Assembly (NCBI GenBank): GCA_016841125.1
Contig: JAENZU010000001.1
Span: 1 to 30,739, forward strand
Direction of reading: 5' to 3'
DNA length: 30,739 bases
Source: Melioribacter sp.
Lineage (GTDB): Bacteria > Bacteroidota > Ignavibacteria > Ignavibacteriales > Melioribacteraceae
The notes under the pieces: model-generated
Databases searched by the model: none
What the model saw: only the letters and a program-made list of their open reading frames with translations
What the model was told of the DNA's origin: nothing
Shown: positions 27,427-30,739 of the stretch, piece after piece
How the letters are laid out: each line of letters begins with the position of its first letter
How positions within the stretch are numbered: the stretch's first letter is position 1
Made by a program: the position numbers and the translations under genes

Positions 27427-27840
27427 TTATTTCAAGTCAGCTACTTGTGAATTGCTCGCTTCAAATTCTTCAATAATTGCCGTAAACATATTCTTTACTT
27501 TTGGATTAGTTTCACTGAAAGTTAGATTTTCGACAAAGTCCATGCTTTTTGCGTCACCAATCTTAAACAATGAGAGTGCTATCAGTATTTTAATATTAGG
27601 ATCATCTTCAATCTTTAATTGATTTTCTAAAACTTCCTTTATTTCCTCAACCTGATACTTGCCGGCAAAATAGATTGAACTTTTCTTAAGTCCGGGATTA
27701 TCAGAAGTTATCCCCATTTTTAGATTTCCGATTGCTCTCTCATTAAAATTAAGTTTTTCAACTGAATTCGTTTGAGCGCTTATTGAGATCAGCAAAAGAG
27801 CAAATACTGCAACTGTAAAAATTTTATTTATATGTTTCAT
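27427..27840 (-). CDS. Small exported HEAT-repeat-like protein (paralog B)
   Basis: Start moved to ATG 27840 (GGAG SD), 137 aa, signal peptide ending ISAQ. SDNPGLKKSSIYFAGKYQ, LFKIG and ETNPKV are shared with paralog A. Confidence 0.8.
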   Translation of the reverse strand: MKHINKIFTVAVFALLLISISAQTNSVEKLNFNERAIGNLKMGITSDNPGLKKSSIYFAGKYQVEEIKEVLENQLKIEDDPNIKILIALSLFKIGDAKSMDFVENLTFSETNPKVKNMFTAIIEEFEASNSQVADLK

Positions 27841-27903
27841 TTTTAACTCCGTTTGATTTATTAAAATTTCTGAAGTAAATCTACACCTATGAAATGTTAT
27901 CGT

Positions 27904-27939
27904 TGTCAAGCGGAAGTTAAAAGATGTCACAAGTTGTCA
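27904..27939 (-). promoter_or_regulatory. Four-half-site direct-repeat operator, copy B
   Basis: TGTCA 27904, AGTTA 27915, TGTCA 27925, TGTCA 27935 (11/10/10). Confidence 0.7.
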
Positions 27940-27940
27940 T

Positions 27941-27970
27941 AAAAAAAGGGATACCGGCAAGTATCCCTTT
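27941..27970 (-). terminator. Intrinsic terminator on the minus strand
   Basis: Minus strand reads AAAGGGATAC-TTGCCG-GTATCCCTTT then TTTT (7-T run in total). Confidence 0.75.
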
Positions 27971-28158
27971 GGAAGCGTAAATGAAAAATATTCAAAATTT
28001 AATAGTCGATGCTATAAATACTTAAAATATTGTGCCAATGTATATAGTTAAAAACTACCGGAAATAATGAAAATTGAATACACAGGTTGAAGATAAGAGT
28101 AAAAATTACATCTTTCCGCGGATAAGCGGTAAAACTAAACTGATTTCCTTTATCCCAA

Positions 28159-28189
28159 ATTTGTCATTAGAAAAACACTAATGACAAAT
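28159..28189. repeat. Perfect 12-bp inverted repeat containing TGTCA/TGACA
   Basis: ATTTGTCATTAG-AAAAACA-CTAATGACAAAT. Confidence 0.7.
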
Positions 28190-28369
28190 CGACTAATATT
28201 TTCTAAGGGCTTAACTACAATTTAACTGTAAGAAAATCTTTCAAGCCCAAGAAAATCTAAGTCGGGATTAAATACTTATCATTTAACAAGTTATGTTACT
28301 ATTACGTTATTGATAAATTTCCCTAATAAACAATCTGTGTTTATAATTAGAGTAAGTTTTTTGGATGTT

Positions 28370-29899
28370 TTATTTCAAAAACATCCCCGCACCGGGACCT
28401 ATCGGTAAACCGAGAAGTATCCAAACAATTAGCATGCAGCTCCAGAACAATAAAAACGCGAAGGAATAGGGAAGCATTGTAGCAATGATAGTTCCTATTC
28501 CGGCATTTTTATCATACCTCTGGAAAAATGCAACAATGAGTGCAAAATATGACATCATCGGAGAGATGATATTTGTAACGCTATCTCCGACTCGGTAAGC
28601 AACTTGCGTGAACTCGGGACTGTATCCTAAAAGCATAAACATCGGGATGAAAACCGGAGCCATAATTGCCCATTTTGCCGAGGCGCTTCCCATCACCAAA
28701 TTCACGACCGCACTCACAATTATAAAACTCAGCATTAACGGAATATCTCCCAAACCTGATGATTCCAAAAGCTGCGCTCCTTCAATTGCGAAGATCAAAC
28801 CTAAATTTGTCCAATTAAAATATGCAACAAACTGGGCGGCGAAAAATGTGAGAACAATGTAGATGCCTAAAGTCTCCATCGATTTTGCCATCCCCTTAAT
28901 TACATCTTTATCAGTTTTGATGGTTCTTGCACCAATTCCATATGCAATTCCTGTAACTGCACCGCCCAAAAAGATAAATGCCACAATTCCGGACATAAAT
29001 GGTGAACGAAGCAGACTGCCCGTTTCGGGGTCTCTCAAAAATCCATCTGCGGGAACCGTTCCCCAAAGTATAAGTGCTGTAAAAACCAGTGATGCAACTA
29101 AAGTAAATTTCAAACCTCTTTTCTCTTCCTTTGTTAATTTGTCGAGGCTTTCGTTTCCTGTTTCGCCTTCATAAACTCCTAATCTGGGGATTACCACTTT
29201 TTCCGTTATCCACGTACCGATCCCTGCTAAAAAAAATGTGGATACAAACATAAAATAATAGTTTGCTGCAGGGTTCACTTGGTAAGTAGGATCGATGATA
29301 CGTGCCGCTTCCTCAGAAAGTCCTGCTAATAGCGGGTCAATTGTTCCCAATAATAAATTTGCGCTGTAACCTGCGGAGACCGCCGCAAAAGCTGCAGCCA
29401 TGCCCGCAATTGGGTGTCTGCCCACTGACATAAAAATGATTGCTGCCAAAGGTATTAATAAAACATATCCGACTTCACTTGCAGTATTTGATAAAATTCC
29501 GGCAAACACAATTACAAATGTGAGAAGTTTTTTTGGTGCAGAAAGAACAAGCAGCCTTAATGCTGCTCCAATCAATCCGGTTCCCTCGGCAATCCCAATT
29601 CCAAGTAATGAAACCAGAACTGTTCCGAGCGGTGCAAAGGATGTAAAGTTATCCACCATTTCAGTTAGTATTTTATGAAGCCCTTCAACTGACAGCAGGT
29701 TTACCGGTTTTATTAGTTCACCTGTGCCAGGATGTGTAACCGCGATATCAAAACTGCTTGTAATTCCGCTAATCACTACTACGGCTAGAGCCATAAGTGC
29801 AAATAGTGAAACAGGATCCGGAAGGGCATTTCCCACTTTTTCAATTATTGAAAGAAATTTTGAAATGAAATTTTTATTCTCGGCAGAAGAATTCGTCAT
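28370..29899 (-). CDS. AbgT-family transporter (p-aminobenzoyl-glutamate transporter-like)
   Basis: [68 protein letters not shown]....MLPY. Confidence 0.93.
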   Translation of the reverse strand: MTNSSAENKNFISKFLSIIEKVGNALPDPVSLFALMALAVVVISGITSSFDIAVTHPGTGELIKPVNLLSVEGLHKILTEMVDNFTSFAPLGTVLVSLLGIGIAEGTGLIGAALRLLVLSAPKKLLTFVIVFAGILSNTASEVGYVLLIPLAAIIFMSVGRHPIAGMAAAFAAVSAGYSANLLLGTIDPLLAGLSEEAARIIDPTYQVNPAANYYFMFVSTFFLAGIGTWITEKVVIPRLGVYEGETGNESLDKLTKEEKRGLKFTLVASLVFTALILWGTVPADGFLRDPETGSLLRSPFMSGIVAFIFLGGAVTGIAYGIGARTIKTDKDVIKGMAKSMETLGIYIVLTFFAAQFVAYFNWTNLGLIFAIEGAQLLESSGLGDIPLMLSFIIVSAVVNLVMGSASAKWAIMAPVFIPMFMLLGYSPEFTQVAYRVGDSVTNIISPMMSYFALIVAFFQRYDKNAGIGTIIATMLPYSFAFLLFWSCMLIVWILLGLPIGPGAGMFLK

Positions 29900-30146
29900 C
29901 TAAGATCCTCGTTTTTCTTATAAAATAATTAAACCGAATTTTTTCAATTAAAGTTTAATTTATAAAAATACTAATTATCCTAATATTAAAAAATTTGTTT
30001 CCATTTAATATTGTATGATTTTGTAATAAGCGGGAAGCGGAATAAACTAATTTTCCAGAAATTGATATAAAGAATGGTGCGGAAAGTTAACGTCTAAGTA
30101 TTCAGGCCAATTCATATTAACTCAATTTTCAAATGAGTTGAATTTT

Positions 30147-30739
30147 TTAAGTCCGCAGAAAAATTTTGTATTTGGTAAAGACTTTTACAATGTAGGCTAA
30201 AAATATTGTGATAAGTAAACCTCTCAAAAACCCAAGCCAGGGGGACTGAGTCAAGGATCTAAGCAACTCGCCAATGTAAGTGAGTGCTAAAATTGGAGGC
30301 ACCAAATTAGAAATTCCTGCATAAGCTATCATCGGGTTCTGCCCGTTCACTATAAGAAGATTGCACCAGTTTTTCTTTTTTAGAAGATCAATCACAATTG
30401 TGAAAAATATTAAAGTGAAAATTGCGAGTCCGGTTGTAACAAAATAATAGCTCACTGTTGGATGATCTTTTTTAATTCCCCCCTCATAAGGCTCAAAAAA
30501 TAATCCTAAAATTAAAAAATATGTCCCCCAGTAAAATACTGTCTTCAATAAAGCGGAATTACTTCCGGTGGAATTTTTTATCAGGTACCAGATTGCAGAT
30601 AGAATTAGTATCGACGCAAGCAATGTTAGTTCTACCCATCTTCCGTGCAGACCAATTAGATTTACTATTAGCAATAAGATCATTCCTATTGAAATTAATA
30701 CCAAATATTTTGACGAAAGCTCACTATCGGCATCAGTTT
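30147..30739 (-). CDS. DUF5009-like membrane protein (HGSNAT-related acyltransferase-like), 3' part
   Basis: Frame stays open to the right window edge (…TDADSELSSKYLVLISIG). GGIKKDHPTVSYYFVTTG and GQNPMIAY motifs; multiple TM segments. Confidence 0.7.
   Translation of the reverse strand, partial: TDADSELSSKYLVLISIGMILLLIVNLIGLHGRWVELTLLASILILSAIWYLIKNSTGSNSALLKTVFYWGTYFLILGLFFEPYEGGIKKDHPTVSYYFVTTGLAIFTLIFFTIVIDLLKKKNWCNLLIVNGQNPMIAYAGISNLVPPILALTYIGELLRSLTQSPWLGFLRGLLITIFLAYIVKVFTKYKIFLRT

Noticed and set aside
27971-28369. Riboswitch or small CDS in the long intergenic region
   Set aside because: No known riboswitch consensus recognised, the region lies downstream rather than upstream of abgT, and no convincing ORF was found; kept only as an sRNA candidate.
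713-29678. Remaining 60-110 aa ORFs in the track nested in or antisense to long genes
   Set aside because: All overlap confidently identified CDSs and show no independent SD, motif or family signal.

Overview
30.7 kb of AT-rich bacterial chromosome. Gene style and content suggest Ignavibacteria or a related FCB-group lineage (inference). It is mostly housekeeping and envelope genes. From left to right: an ATP-grasp gene; a MacA/MacB-like/TolC efflux operon without an ATPase, continuing into a degenerate methyltransferase and rlmD; a frameshifted DUF1569/DinB-like gene; a YoaP-type GNAT; a complete IS1380-family element (17-bp TIRs, target duplication) in the divergent promoter region upstream of rpmH-rnpA-yidD-yidC; a patatin-POTRA-Omp85 (PlpD-like) gene; a tightly coupled pdp-HAD-secreted TIM barrel-PD-(D/E)xK nuclease-helical protein operon; pepT; an LpoB-like/COG3014 lipoprotein pair; BtpA/SgcQ; an esterase; abgT; and a partial DUF5009-like gene. 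The most notable unannotated signal is a four-half-site operator (TGTCA-like repeats spaced 11/10/10 bp). It recurs with identical geometry upstream of three exported-protein genes (two paralogous small HEAT-like proteins and a tandem jelly-roll protein), suggesting an uncharacterised regulon. No rRNA, tRNA or CRISPR array was seen. All family calls are from motif recognition, not database searches.
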